Shown: positions 18,768 through 27,954, counted from the first letter of the stretch. The stretch is 45,289 nt of DNA from a virus (IMGVR_UViG_3300045988_109839:1-45289); one strand, 5' to 3'. Notes: generated by a model from the sequence alone, not told the origin. Numbers and translations: made by a program.

Positions 18768-20098
18768 AAGGTCTTCGCTTGGTTTCTCGTGGGTAACCCG
18801 GCAGCCTGTTGATTCAATGTATGAATATCTCCATTCAAGATAACATGGGCGTATGCCCCCTTATCATAGGGATAAAGATAGTGTGCGAGACACCTAAGCT
18901 CCAAGCCACAGGCATCTACACCTACCTCAAACCAACCATCAGGTGCTCTAAACAATTCCCTGCACTCTTGACCATAAGGACTACCAACATGGGGGACTTG
19001 GGCAACATTAGGATTCGCATGGGTAGCACGTCCTGTTACAGTACCACAAGGGTTTACGCTGCCATGGATTCTACCATCAGCCTTAACATGCTTCAGCCAC
19101 GCTTGGTTACCTGTAGCAAGCTGTCCAAGACGCTTAGCTACCATAAGATATTCTTCAAAGACAGCAGCTAAGTCTCTCAGTTTCTGTGGGGCATTTTCGT
19201 CACCCTTAATAAACTTAAAGGTATCACCATCAATCTTCAGACGTTCATCCTCATAGCAGTCTTCGTTTTCCGGCAAGTAGTTGAATTGATGCTCCAGCAC
19301 CCACGCCACTTGCTGTCTGCTGCTGGGGTTGAAGTCCTTATATCTTTGAATGGGAACACCCTTCTTATAGCCTAAGCGTTTGTTGTCTCTTTTAGGCACA
19401 AAGACCTTATCAGGTATCTGTGGCACAATCGCCACGAGCTGAGAAGACAACACAGCATAGCGCAATTCTAAGGTTTCCCTAAGTTTCTCTGCCTTTTCTA
19501 AGTCAAAGACAAAACCATTCCGCTCCTGCTTAGACATCAGCCATTGTGCTTGATGCTCCAGCTCTATAGCCTTAGCAGGTGCTCCAATCTTCATGAGGTA
19601 TGTATAGAGCTTCTTGGTGACAGTGACATCCTGCACACAGTAGGAAAGCATTTCCTCACTGAAAGAATCCCATGCATCCTCTTGCTCACCATACGTACCT
19701 TTAAGTTCCCCAAGGCGATAACCCCATGCCTTTAGTGATTGTCTACCAATCAATTTAGCAGGGAGTGTACCATTACGCACCCTAGCGTGGTCAGTATCTT
19801 CTATGTTGCCACAGATAAGACGTGCGAGAACAAGGGTATCTAAAACTTGGGGTCTCCATTCTCGTTTTATGCGAAACTCAGGATAGAGCTTAGCTAACAC
19901 AGCACAGTCATAGTTGATGATGTTATGCCCACAGATGCACTCTCCATCCCTCAGAGCAGCGATTAATTGCATAGCTCCTTTTTTAAAATCATCAGGTCTG
20001 TAAGCTGAGATGTTGTTCTGTTCGTCGATGATTACTAGACAATGCCCCTTAGTGACATTGTCCAGCAGACCATCAGTTTCAATATCAAAGTAGAGCAT
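18768..20098 (-). CDS. DNA polymerase (family A, T7 gp5-like), exon 1 (3'-5' exonuclease and N-terminal polymerase part)
   Basis: MLYFDIETDGL (Exo I), HNIINYD (Exo II), YCVQDV (Exo III), VGVDACGLELR (motif A). It ends with RNQAKTF, the first half of motif B. The in-frame D-stop after it belongs to the intron. Confidence 0.88.
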
Positions 20099-20101
20099 AG
20101 C

Positions 20102-20335
20102 TTACAGCTCCACAGTATCTTGCGACAGGAAGTATTCCATACGCTCACACTCATTTTCAAGAGCATTGATTGTCTTTTCATGCTTCTGCAGGTATACCAT
20201 CTTAGCTGCATTGGCATTATGAATCATTAGCTTGCAGTTCTTAATGCGAGCCTTAGCAGCTTCAACCTGCTTACGAGACAACCAAGACAGCAGGGAAGTA
20301 CACCAATCAATAAGCTTTTCTAAGATTTCAAACAT
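20102..20335 (-). CDS. Hypothetical coiled-coil protein (77 aa)
   Basis: ORF packed tightly between the primase-helicase and polymerase genes. Confidence 0.45.
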   Translation of the reverse strand: MFEILEKLIDWCTSLLSWLSRKQVEAAKARIKNCKLMIHNANAAKMVYLQKHEKTINALENECERMEYFLSQDTVEL

Positions 20336-21949
20336 CTAAAAATCTCCTTTCTCTTCTTCAGTATCAAAAGGACATGCAGGTGCTTCATACTCTGACAAGT
20401 CCTTTACAGCGTTTAAGATATTATGTTCCTTGTCATATGCAAGGTATCCGGCGATACCTGTATCACCGCTATATCTATTCTTCAGCACCCTTACACGTAC
20501 AAGGTTCTTCTTCATCCCCTCATCCTGCTGGTTTCTTTCAAGACCCCACACAGCATCAGAAAGCTGTGAGATAGCTTGTGAACCACGCAGGTGGGAGAGG
20601 GAGAGTGCGCCACCTTCTTCAGCCGGAGTACCCTCAGTTCTGCGCAGGTGAGAGACAACCAACATGCCTACGCCTGTTTCCTCTACAAGCGAACGTAGTT
20701 TCGTCATAAGTACATCGGTAGCCTTACGCTCATTTTCGATGTCAAGACCGCTGATAGCAATGGAGATGTGGTCTAAGACAACAAAATCCACCTGCTCACC
20801 TGTTACCATGTAACGGATGGTTTGCAAAAGGTCTTCACATTCAATAGAGCCAAAGTGATTGTAGAAGACAAAATTATCCATGATGTCTTCAAAGGCTTTC
20901 TTGTACTCACTATCAATAATAGGTCTATGGGCAGGTTTACCAAGCTTAAGACACACAAGACCATTGGCGGTATGCTTAACATTCTCTTCCAGCATCAGCA
21001 TCCCTACTTTGCAATAGCACTCAGTACCAAGATGATAGGCTAGTTGTCTAACGAACGTAGTTTTGCCTATACCTGTGCCTGCTGTGATAACAACAAGCTC
21101 ACCTTTTCGCAACCCATCAGTCATGTTTTGCAGTGGGATGTCCCAAGGTAAGGGGTAATTCAGTGATTCTTCATGCTTAGACAAAACCTCCCACAGTTCA
21201 TCACCTTTGATAATGTCAGCAGGGGTGTATGTTTTTGCTTCCCAAACAGCTTTTACAACAGCATCGCTCTTGCCCTCTTGCAAGCACTCATTAGGGTCTT
21301 TGCAGGGTAGCCATGCTATCTTAAGCTTATTAGGTGACAGGATACCGCTGACAGCCTTTACAGCTTTACGTCCGGCATCATCCATATCAAACATGACAAT
21401 GACTTCCTCAAAGCTCTCTAGCCAATTAAAGTTAGCTCTGAAGACCTTAGCAGCACTAGCAGCACCTGTAGGAATACTCACAACAGGATATTTGTTACCC
21501 TGTACCTGTGAGACTGTAAGACAATCAATCTCACCCTCGGTCACCACCAGCTTCTTACCGCCACCTTGGAACAGATGTTGTCCGAAGAACCGCTCACTAA
21601 AAGAACCTCTAGCTTCAAAGGTCTTATCCGCATATCTGATTTTCTGACCAAGCAGTTTATTATCATCATCATAGTAACAAGCTACCTGCACAGGCTGACC
21701 ATGCACCTTAGAGGTAAAGTAGCCATACTTAGCACAGGTTTGTTTTGTCAGTTTTCGCTTAGGCAAGGGGGAGACCACCATGTCCTGTAGGTCTATCAGA
21801 CCTTGTTTCTTTAATCCACTTGACAATTTTTTCTCCTCCTTGCTGCTGCGAAAGTAGGTGTTGCATGAGAAACAATAACTGTGCCCATCTTCATAGATGG
21901 TTAAGGCATCGTGGCTGCCACAAGCAGGGCAGGGTTGATGTGTCTCCAT
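20336..21949 (-). CDS. Bifunctional primase-helicase (T7 gp4-like)
   Basis: Zinc finger CPACGSHD...CFSC, a TOPRIM region (VVTEGEIDC...DMDDAG), Walker A (GTGIGKTT) and a DnaB-like helicase region. The C-terminus is acidic and ends in GDF. Confidence 0.93.
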   Translation of the reverse strand: METHQPCPACGSHDALTIYEDGHSYCFSCNTYFRSSKEEKKLSSGLKKQGLIDLQDMVVSPLPKRKLTKQTCAKYGYFTSKVHGQPVQVACYYDDDNKLLGQKIRYADKTFEARGSFSERFFGQHLFQGGGKKLVVTEGEIDCLTVSQVQGNKYPVVSIPTGAASAAKVFRANFNWLESFEEVIVMFDMDDAGRKAVKAVSGILSPNKLKIAWLPCKDPNECLQEGKSDAVVKAVWEAKTYTPADIIKGDELWEVLSKHEESLNYPLPWDIPLQNMTDGLRKGELVVITAGTGIGKTTFVRQLAYHLGTECYCKVGMLMLEENVKHTANGLVCLKLGKPAHRPIIDSEYKKAFEDIMDNFVFYNHFGSIECEDLLQTIRYMVTGEQVDFVVLDHISIAISGLDIENERKATDVLMTKLRSLVEETGVGMLVVSHLRRTEGTPAEEGGALSLSHLRGSQAISQLSDAVWGLERNQQDEGMKKNLVRVRVLKNRYSGDTGIAGYLAYDKEHNILNAVKDLSEYEAPACPFDTEEEKGDF

Positions 21950-21951
21950 AA

Positions 21952-22326
21952 TTACACCTCGTCAGTAATAAATTTTATAGGCACATCATACTGTACCTTT
22001 AGCTCATTCAGCACATACTGCTGAGCATCGGATATTTTCTTGTGTCCCAGCGTATCAGCTAAGACATACACAGAAGTCTCACATTCAGGCAGGTTATATC
22101 CGGCAACTGCCTTTATTTCTCTGTCGGTCTCAAAAAGACCATTATTGAAGACAATAAAGTGGAAGCCTGTGTCAACTTCACCTTGGCGGTAAGCTGCCCT
22201 AAACAGCTCACGTTTGCGCTTACCATTTAGGTTTCTTAAGACAACACATATCTGTGTGGTCTCAGTGCGCTCTTTGAATTTAAAGAGTGACAATACGCTC
22301 ACCTTTTCCACGCAGGACAAGACCAT
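21952..22326 (-). CDS. T7 lysozyme (gp3.5)-like protein lacking the amidase catalytic residues
   Basis: FKFKERTETTQICVV and DTGFHFIVFNNGLFETDREIKAVAG align with T7 FKQRESTDAIFVH and DVGYHFIIKRDGTVEAGRDEMAVG. The His17 and Tyr46 equivalents are V and F, and the protein ends before the K128/C130 region. The start is uncertain because the ORF overlaps endonuclease I by 47 nt. Confidence 0.6.
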   Translation of the reverse strand: MVLSCVEKVSVLSLFKFKERTETTQICVVLRNLNGKRKRELFRAAYRQGEVDTGFHFIVFNNGLFETDREIKAVAGYNLPECETSVYVLADTLGHKKISDAQQYVLNELKVQYDVPIKFITDEV

Positions 22327-22747
22327 TGGTGTCCTTCATGGTCTCTTTGAACCACCGAGAGGGAATCTCACGGCTGGCGTATTGGAATCCATGCTTCTCA
22401 CACCATTCAGCCACAGTAGTCTTAGCTCCTGTACCGATTCTTGTCTTAGCGTTGGAGAATACAAAGCGTATGTCTAAATTTGGGTATTGTTGTCTGATAA
22501 GCAGATGCTTCTTTCGGTCAGCAGCTTCAAAGATACCCTTGGCTTCGATGATAATACCATTAGGCAGGATGAAGTCAGGGGTATAGTGATGCTTCGTTGC
22601 AGGAATCTCATAGGCGATGGAGTATTTTTCATACACTTTAGGTACTCCGGCATTTTCTAGTTGCTGTGCAAGGCGGTCTTCTAACCCGCTGCGATAGGGT
22701 TTGTTGAGGGTGGAAAAGCCACCTCTGCGGTTAAATTTAATAGCCAT
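22280..22747 (-). CDS. Endonuclease I (T7 gp3-like Holliday-junction resolvase)
   Basis: RSGLEDRLAQQLE...HHYTPDFILPNGIIIEAKG...DRKKHLLIRQQYPNLDIRFVFS is nearly collinear with T7 gp3. Confidence 0.93.
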   Translation of the reverse strand: MAIKFNRRGGFSTLNKPYRSGLEDRLAQQLENAGVPKVYEKYSIAYEIPATKHHYTPDFILPNGIIIEAKGIFEAADRKKHLLIRQQYPNLDIRFVFSNAKTRIGTGAKTTVAEWCEKHGFQYASREIPSRWFKETMKDTNGLVLRGKGERIVTL

Positions 22748-22749
22748 GA

Positions 22750-23337
22750 TTAAAAGTCAAACGGGGGATTGTTTTCGTCAAACTCTGCCTCTTCGACAAC
22801 CTCAAAGCCACAATCATCAGCAGATACAGAGCCAGCAGCAGGCGCAACATAGTTCAGCACCTGAACAGCCTTCAGGAGCAGTTGGATGCCATAGACAGTA
22901 GCAGAAGCATAGAAGGGGCGCAGAAGCATACACAGACGGATGGTAGAGCCATTACCCACTTCCATCTCTTCATCCATAGGTTTGCCCTTCTTATCAAAGA
23001 CAGCCATGGTCTTCTCAATGACATCACCAGCTTTGGTCTTGATAACAGCATTGGTCTTAGCCTTAAAGACAATATCACCATCTTTGTCTTCATGGAAACC
23101 AAGGGCAGGGGCAGAGTTGCGACCATAGCGTTTGCCGTCAAAGTCAGGGGACTTCTTAGCCATCTCCCATTCATTTTCGATACGTTGAATCAGCTTATCA
23201 GTGTCTTCTTTAGACAATTTGATACCGCAGACATACTTTCCGGTATCCTCGCCATCAAAGACTTCAGTGCTGCGGAGCTTAGGGTACACCGCCTCACCAG
23301 CAGGGGTTGTTACTTGTGCAAAATCGTTCTTTGCCAT
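22750..23337 (-). CDS. Single-stranded DNA-binding protein (T7 gp2.5-like)
   Basis: 195 aa in the gp2.5 position. The N-terminus resembles gp2.5 (MAK...TPAGEAVYPKL). The C-terminal tail is acidic and ends in an aromatic residue (EEAEFDENNPPFDF). Confidence 0.75.
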   Translation of the reverse strand: MAKNDFAQVTTPAGEAVYPKLRSTEVFDGEDTGKYVCGIKLSKEDTDKLIQRIENEWEMAKKSPDFDGKRYGRNSAPALGFHEDKDGDIVFKAKTNAVIKTKAGDVIEKTMAVFDKKGKPMDEEMEVGNGSTIRLCMLLRPFYASATVYGIQLLLKAVQVLNYVAPAAGSVSADDCGFEVVEEAEFDENNPPFDF

Positions 23338-23341
23338 TTTG

Positions 23342-23806
23342 TTATTCTCCTTTTAATTTAAAATCAATAAATTTAATATTTTTAAGAGCAGGGAGTACCA
23401 ACTCTTTGTTCTGTGTCTTCAACATGCGGTGCAGAGCAATCTGTACACCTGTGAGGAAGTCAAAAGTATCGTCAGAATTACATGTTGCCTGTGTATGAGC
23501 CATCAAACCCTCAGCACTGAACAGCTTGCAGTGGACTGTGCAGTCTTTGGCATAGAATACAATTTTAGTGTCTTTGTCCTTAAGGGGACTTAATTCCTTA
23601 GTGATTGCTATAAAAGTGGAGCGTTTTCGCCCCAACTCATCTACAAAGGGTTTATCCATAATTATGGTATAAATACAATCAGACATAAGTTCATCAGTTG
23701 CCCTCACTGTACCACTACCCTCAACATGTATCCTTCCCTTTGGAGTGCCACATGCGGTGTAGCCATCAACATATACTTTGTCTCCAATCTTAAAATCGTT
23801 AGGCAT
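23342..23806 (-). CDS. Hypothetical protein (154 aa)
   Basis: ORF with an RBS. No motif recognised. Confidence 0.45.
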   Translation of the reverse strand: MPNDFKIGDKVYVDGYTACGTPKGRIHVEGSGTVRATDELMSDCIYTIIMDKPFVDELGRKRSTFIAITKELSPLKDKDTKIVFYAKDCTVHCKLFSAEGLMAHTQATCNSDDTFDFLTGVQIALHRMLKTQNKELVLPALKNIKFIDFKLKGE

Positions 23807-24299
23807 CTTCAGTTACCTCCTTGATTCTTCTAACCCTTCTTACAGCAGGTTTAGTACATGCACCTGTACTGCCACTTTCAAGACCTCTTTCAGTCTTAGA
23901 CAGCTCCTCAGTGGCTTCTTCAATCGCCACTTCTTCAATCTTGTGAATCAACAGTTGCGCAATTCTCTGACCAGCATCAATAATTTCAAGATGGTCACCT
24001 ACGTTCTCCACATACAACATGATTTCACCACGATAATCAGAATCGACAATACCGACCTGATTAGCTAATCTGAGTTTTGTGTCTCTGCCTGTAGAGGAGC
24101 GCAAGACAACCTCAGCATAATAGCCACTAGGCAGTTCCATAGCCAAGCCTGTACGGACGATAGCTGCCTTTGAAGACCAGCGGTTCGGTGTCACCGCAAT
24201 GCGGTTAAGACAAACCAAGTCAAGACCGGCAGCTCCACCTGTCATTGCTTGGGGGAGGGTGGCTTTAGGGTCAAGTTTTTTGAATTTAATGTTTACCAA
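23799..24299 (-). CDS. dut: dUTP diphosphatase (trimeric dUTPase)
   Basis: AAGLDL, the GIVDSDYRGEI motif and a C-terminal glycine-rich arm. TTG start 8 nt after GGAGG. Confidence 0.85.
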   Translation of the reverse strand: MVNIKFKKLDPKATLPQAMTGGAAGLDLVCLNRIAVTPNRWSSKAAIVRTGLAMELPSGYYAEVVLRSSTGRDTKLRLANQVGIVDSDYRGEIMLYVENVGDHLEIIDAGQRIAQLLIHKIEEVAIEEATEELSKTERGLESGSTGACTKPAVRRVRRIKEVTEDA

Positions 24300-24302
24300 A
24301 TT

Positions 24303-24791
24303 TTAGTCCTCCTTTGGATTGATTGGCATCTTATAGCCAAGTTTCATGAGCCATTCGATATAGCGTTTAGCCTTAGCTGCATCCTTTTCCGCAGCTTCAC
24401 CTTGCTTCTTGCCAGCTCGCATGGTGTATTTGATGATGTTACCTTTGAGGAAACCAACAAATTCAGGAAGAGACAACACAAGCTGCATCAGCTCAATAGG
24501 CTCTAAACCTACCATAGATGCATAGTGCTCATCATAATGTGCGGGGGCAGATAAGGTCACAACATCAGGGCAGGGAACAATGGGAGTAGGGTAAGGATGC
24601 TCAGCCTCCCATCTCAGATTGAAGGGTTCTAACTGCCCATATTCAAGACAAGCGGTAATGAGATATTCTTCATCTGTGAGCTGCACACACGCAAATTGTG
24701 TATGCATCCCCATAATGTAGCCTTTCTTGTCTTTGAATTCTCCACTCGTGACCTTAATCTTCTGTCCCTTAAAAGCTTCAGATTTTAACAT
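24303..24791 (-). CDS. DUF3310-family protein with an N-terminal SH3/KOW-like region
   Basis: C-terminal ...EFVGFLKGNIIKYTMRAGKK...KDAAKAKRYIEWL matches the DUF3310 pattern as I remember it. Confidence 0.55.
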   Translation of the reverse strand: MLKSEAFKGQKIKVTSGEFKDKKGYIMGMHTQFACVQLTDEEYLITACLEYGQLEPFNLRWEAEHPYPTPIVPCPDVVTLSAPAHYDEHYASMVGLEPIELMQLVLSLPEFVGFLKGNIIKYTMRAGKKQGEAAEKDAAKAKRYIEWLMKLGYKMPINPKED

Positions 24792-24884
24792 GAATAAACC
24801 TCCTTAAAATTTATTGAGAAAAGACAACACACAGAAAGGAAATAGAAACGACGCGATTTAGATTTTGAAAAGCGTGTTGTCTTT

Positions 24885-24909
24885 TCTTCATGTTTATGCC
24901 CCATTAGCA
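24885..24909 (-). promoter_or_regulatory. Candidate phage-RNAP promoter (conserved motif copy)
   Basis: Minus strand: TGCTAATGGGGCATAAACATGAAGA. One of 5 related copies, all on the coding strand. Confidence 0.45.
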
Positions 24910-24955
24910 TTTCCTTTAGTTACCTAAAGGATTTTAAAGGTACTATAAAGACAAT

Positions 24956-25028
24956 AGAGACCTTTAGTTACCTTAGGTAGGTTATTATTAATTATTAATA
25001 ACATAACCTTAGGCACTTAAAGGTCTCT
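24956..25028. repeat. 73-bp AT-rich imperfect palindrome between two promoter-like motifs (candidate origin element or RNA hairpin)
   Basis: agagacctttagttaccttaggtaggttattattaat | tattaataacataaccttaggcacttaaaggtctct. It is flanked by ccttagg and ctatag word repeats. Confidence 0.7.
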
Positions 25029-25067
25029 ATAGAATCTATAGGAAACTATAGTTATCTATTGTCTTCT

Positions 25068-25092
25068 TTTTCATGTTTGTGACCCATTAGCA
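25068..25092 (-). promoter_or_regulatory. Candidate phage-RNAP promoter (conserved motif copy), overlapping the RNAP stop codon
   Basis: Minus strand: TGCTAATGGGTCACAAACATGAAAA. Confidence 0.45.
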
Positions 25093-27684
25093 GAATATGT
25101 ACTTACTGTCCAATACACTATTCAGGTCTAAATTGCCCTTTTTAGGGGGAGCAGGTAACTCTTTATTTACCAATGGTTGCAGATATTGTCTAAACTCCTC
25201 CAAGACATCATGCTCTGTATACATATCTACAAATGCTTTACGCACAATATCATACATCAGCTTAGCTTGTGACATAGGGCAACCATAAGAATCATGCACC
25301 ATAGTAAAGTGATTGATTCCAGCATCCTTTGCTCTGCATACTGTCATTTGAAGATGACAAGCATCCATAGAGTGAATGAAATTTGGAGCGATACCATTAG
25401 CCTGTTTTGTCTTATCAATCACACCTGTTTGGTGAGGGATGTAAACCCTAAATCTCTTTCCAGCACAGCGTAACTTAATCACCTTAGATTCATACTTTAA
25501 ATAATTTTGTTGCAACAGTAAGCCTAAAGGTGTACACCAAGACACTACATTTGCATTTTTGGTGACAAGTTTGGAAACTTTATGTAACCAATCCATACCC
25601 TCAACAGCACGTACAACAGTAGCACCTACAGAGTTCCATATAAGCTCAGCCATATACATAGCACATTGGTAGGCATTAGTCTCTGTAAAACCACAAGCAG
25701 TCTTAGCATTTAAAGCAGGTTTGATTGTGTCTTCCATAATCTGTTCAGTGTAGCCACGCTTCTTAGCACCATAGGCAAGGGTCATGGTAGGTCTTTTAGT
25801 TACAGTGCGATTGACACCATAGTTTAACCAAATCTGCGCCATAGTCTTTGTTCCGAATTTTGTCTTCAGCTTTTCTTCGTCCCATTCGTCAATAGTGCCT
25901 GACATAGCATCCTGCTTCAAGACAACATTTACCTTGTCAGCCACCAAACGATAGATGTCATTGGGTTTGTCTTGGGGTACAAGGTTTACCGCAGTGCCAC
26001 CGATGGGGTCTCTAAGAATAGCAGAGAAGTGTTGCAGACCTGAGCATGTGCCATCCTGCGCATAGGGGAGACCTGTTACCCATCCGACAATAGAGCCATG
26101 CTCAGCTATCCATTGTTTCGCTTTCGCCCATTCAAGACACCATGCGAGAAGCTGTACAGGTTTTTTGTCTTTATGTAACCACCAAAGGTTACCCATAGGG
26201 TCTTTTGCTACATCAAGAATAACTTCTTCATTGTCATATACCCATTGGATGCGGTCAGCATAGCTGATTTTGTCTTCGCCGGAGAGGTTAGCTCCGGTAA
26301 TGGCGAGCCATTCAATATCTTTAGGGTCTTGACAAGGAGGTGTGTCTGAAAAGAGCAGCAATCCTTTGCAAATATCGTCACCTTGGGGACTGAAAGAGGG
26401 GATAGGATAGATGCGTCCTCTAAAATCCATGTTCCAAGGGAAATAGATGTTTTCATAAAGACTAAATTTATCAGCAACTGTAATCATAGCATTTGTACGA
26501 TTGATAATAGAAATTCGACGTTTTAAGCCTTTCCACCACGCTGCCTTATCTTTTTTATATTTTTTAATCTCTTCTGCTGTTGCCCCTTCAGGTAAGGTGG
26601 TAGGCTCAGATTCTTTTAAATCTGTACTCATGATGTGTGATTTTTCTTTACCGCAGGGGATATAGCCACGCTCCTTGCATTGCTTGATAACCTCTAAAAC
26701 ATCCTTATTGATATGCCATGGTGTTGCTTGAATAGCATTGACAGCCTTATAGACATCAGGTGTATCAAGCTGAGCAAGGCGTGCTTTATAGCCTTTACTG
26801 AAAGAGTTATGCACCCCTTTAAGACGTAAGAAAGTATAGAAAGCTGCAAGGTCTCCATAGTACCCACCCTCATCATATGCTACCCAAGGTTTTGGAGGGA
26901 TAATCATCGGATAACACTTATGTGCATAATAAAGCATATTCTCTTCATTACGTTGCCATGCATCCACGAATTGAGGGGTAGGAACAAGATGTGCTTGTGT
27001 GTAACTATCTGAATCCGACATCCAATAGCCTGTTGCTTCTTCTGTCAAAGTCAATAAGGCTACCCCTAAGTTGATAATACCTTCATTGTCTCCTTGTTCC
27101 CACGTGGGGCAGGTGTAACCACATTTCTTAATGGCTTGCTTCATATAGACATAGCGGTAATGAATACCTATACGCTTGTCAATACCTTGCATTGCTTTTT
27201 TGTTTTTGTCTTCTTTAGGTAATGTAGTAAGCCAATTTTCAAAACATTTTGCTTGATATTCATACATGAGACTAAAACCAACATGCAGTCCTACATTGTT
27301 CAGAAAGGCTGCCTTTGTATTCAAGCCTGTTGTGAGGGCATTTATAAGGCAGGAGAGTGTTACAGTTGTGCAGGTGTTAGCAATAGCATCCATATCCACA
27401 TTACCCTCTGCATCTGTGAACGCAGTCTTCAGGTCATCCAAGATATAGATAAAGTTAGGCTTAACACCAGCTTTGGGTTTCATGTTTTTAGTGAGCCATT
27501 GCAGCATAGCATCCTTTACAGCGAGTACCTTGTGGTTAAAAAAGGCTTGTCCAATAGGGAGGGCAGTATCAACCATGCCTTTTTCCTTTGCGATTCTGAG
27601 CGCTTCACATGTTGCTTCATAGCCATCTTGTCTAGCGGAAGATTCCAGCTTAAGCTGCTCTTCAAACAGTTCTTTTTTAGTCAT
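25087..27684 (-). CDS. Single-subunit DNA-directed RNA polymerase (T7 gp1-like)
   Basis: 865 aa. DGTCSGLQHFSAILRD, RTVTKRPTMTLAYGAKK, IAPNFIHSMDACHL and MVHDSYG correspond to T7 DGSCSGIQHFSAMLRD, RSVTKRSVMTLAYGSKE, IAPNFVHSQDGSHL and LIHDSFG. Confidence 0.97.
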   Translation of the reverse strand: MTKKELFEEQLKLESSARQDGYEATCEALRIAKEKGMVDTALPIGQAFFNHKVLAVKDAMLQWLTKNMKPKAGVKPNFIYILDDLKTAFTDAEGNVDMDAIANTCTTVTLSCLINALTTGLNTKAAFLNNVGLHVGFSLMYEYQAKCFENWLTTLPKEDKNKKAMQGIDKRIGIHYRYVYMKQAIKKCGYTCPTWEQGDNEGIINLGVALLTLTEEATGYWMSDSDSYTQAHLVPTPQFVDAWQRNEENMLYYAHKCYPMIIPPKPWVAYDEGGYYGDLAAFYTFLRLKGVHNSFSKGYKARLAQLDTPDVYKAVNAIQATPWHINKDVLEVIKQCKERGYIPCGKEKSHIMSTDLKESEPTTLPEGATAEEIKKYKKDKAAWWKGLKRRISIINRTNAMITVADKFSLYENIYFPWNMDFRGRIYPIPSFSPQGDDICKGLLLFSDTPPCQDPKDIEWLAITGANLSGEDKISYADRIQWVYDNEEVILDVAKDPMGNLWWLHKDKKPVQLLAWCLEWAKAKQWIAEHGSIVGWVTGLPYAQDGTCSGLQHFSAILRDPIGGTAVNLVPQDKPNDIYRLVADKVNVVLKQDAMSGTIDEWDEEKLKTKFGTKTMAQIWLNYGVNRTVTKRPTMTLAYGAKKRGYTEQIMEDTIKPALNAKTACGFTETNAYQCAMYMAELIWNSVGATVVRAVEGMDWLHKVSKLVTKNANVVSWCTPLGLLLQQNYLKYESKVIKLRCAGKRFRVYIPHQTGVIDKTKQANGIAPNFIHSMDACHLQMTVCRAKDAGINHFTMVHDSYGCPMSQAKLMYDIVRKAFVDMYTEHDVLEEFRQYLQPLVNKELPAPPKKGNLDLNSVLDSKYIFC

Positions 27685-27714
27685 TATAAATACCTCCTAG
27701 TTATAATGGGTCTT

Positions 27715-27739
27715 CTTCATGTTTGTGCCCCATTGGCAC
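27715..27739 (-). promoter_or_regulatory. Candidate phage-RNAP promoter (conserved motif copy) about 30 nt upstream of the RNAP start codon
   Basis: Minus strand: TGCCAATGGGGCACAAACATGAAGA, followed by AGACCCATTATAACTAGGAGGTATTTATAATG. Confidence 0.45.
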
Positions 27740-27935
27740 TTGCTTGGGTGTTTTTTGTCTTTGGCATCCTTTGGCTTGCCTTGCTTGCCCAAAAGTACCC
27801 TTGCTTGCCTTGGCAGCTTGGGTTGCCCCGGCATCCCTCGTTTCGTTTCACTCCGTGCGTCGCACAAGACAACACGTTTCGTTTCGCTCAGGTGAGCTTC
27901 GACAACCACGAACATCGTTTCGTTCCGTTCGGTTG
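27740..27935. repeat. Repeat-rich, relatively G+C-rich non-coding spacer upstream of the RNAP gene
   Basis: Three copies of cgtttcgtt(t/c)c at 27839, 27875 and 27916. Several copies of (c)ttgcttg(c/g) at 27741, 27781 and 27801. ggcatcc occurs twice. The palindrome gtgcgtcgcac is also present. Confidence 0.7.
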
Positions 27936-27954
27936 AGGGGCAGAAAAAGGGTGC

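Noticed and set aside
17556-20098. The DNA polymerase as a pseudogene, or as a two-subunit enzyme split by a free-standing endonuclease gene.
   Set aside because: The break falls exactly within motif B, and splicing restores AKTFIYAFLYG in frame. Readable P1 and P10 pairings, a U.G splice site and a terminal G make an intron the simpler explanation. Experimental confirmation is still needed.
27478-27505. An internal look-alike of the promoter motif inside the RNAP gene (tttcatgtttttagtgagccattgcagc).
   Set aside because: The spacing between the catgttt and ccatt halves differs by about 5 nt and the core is not conserved. It is probably chance.
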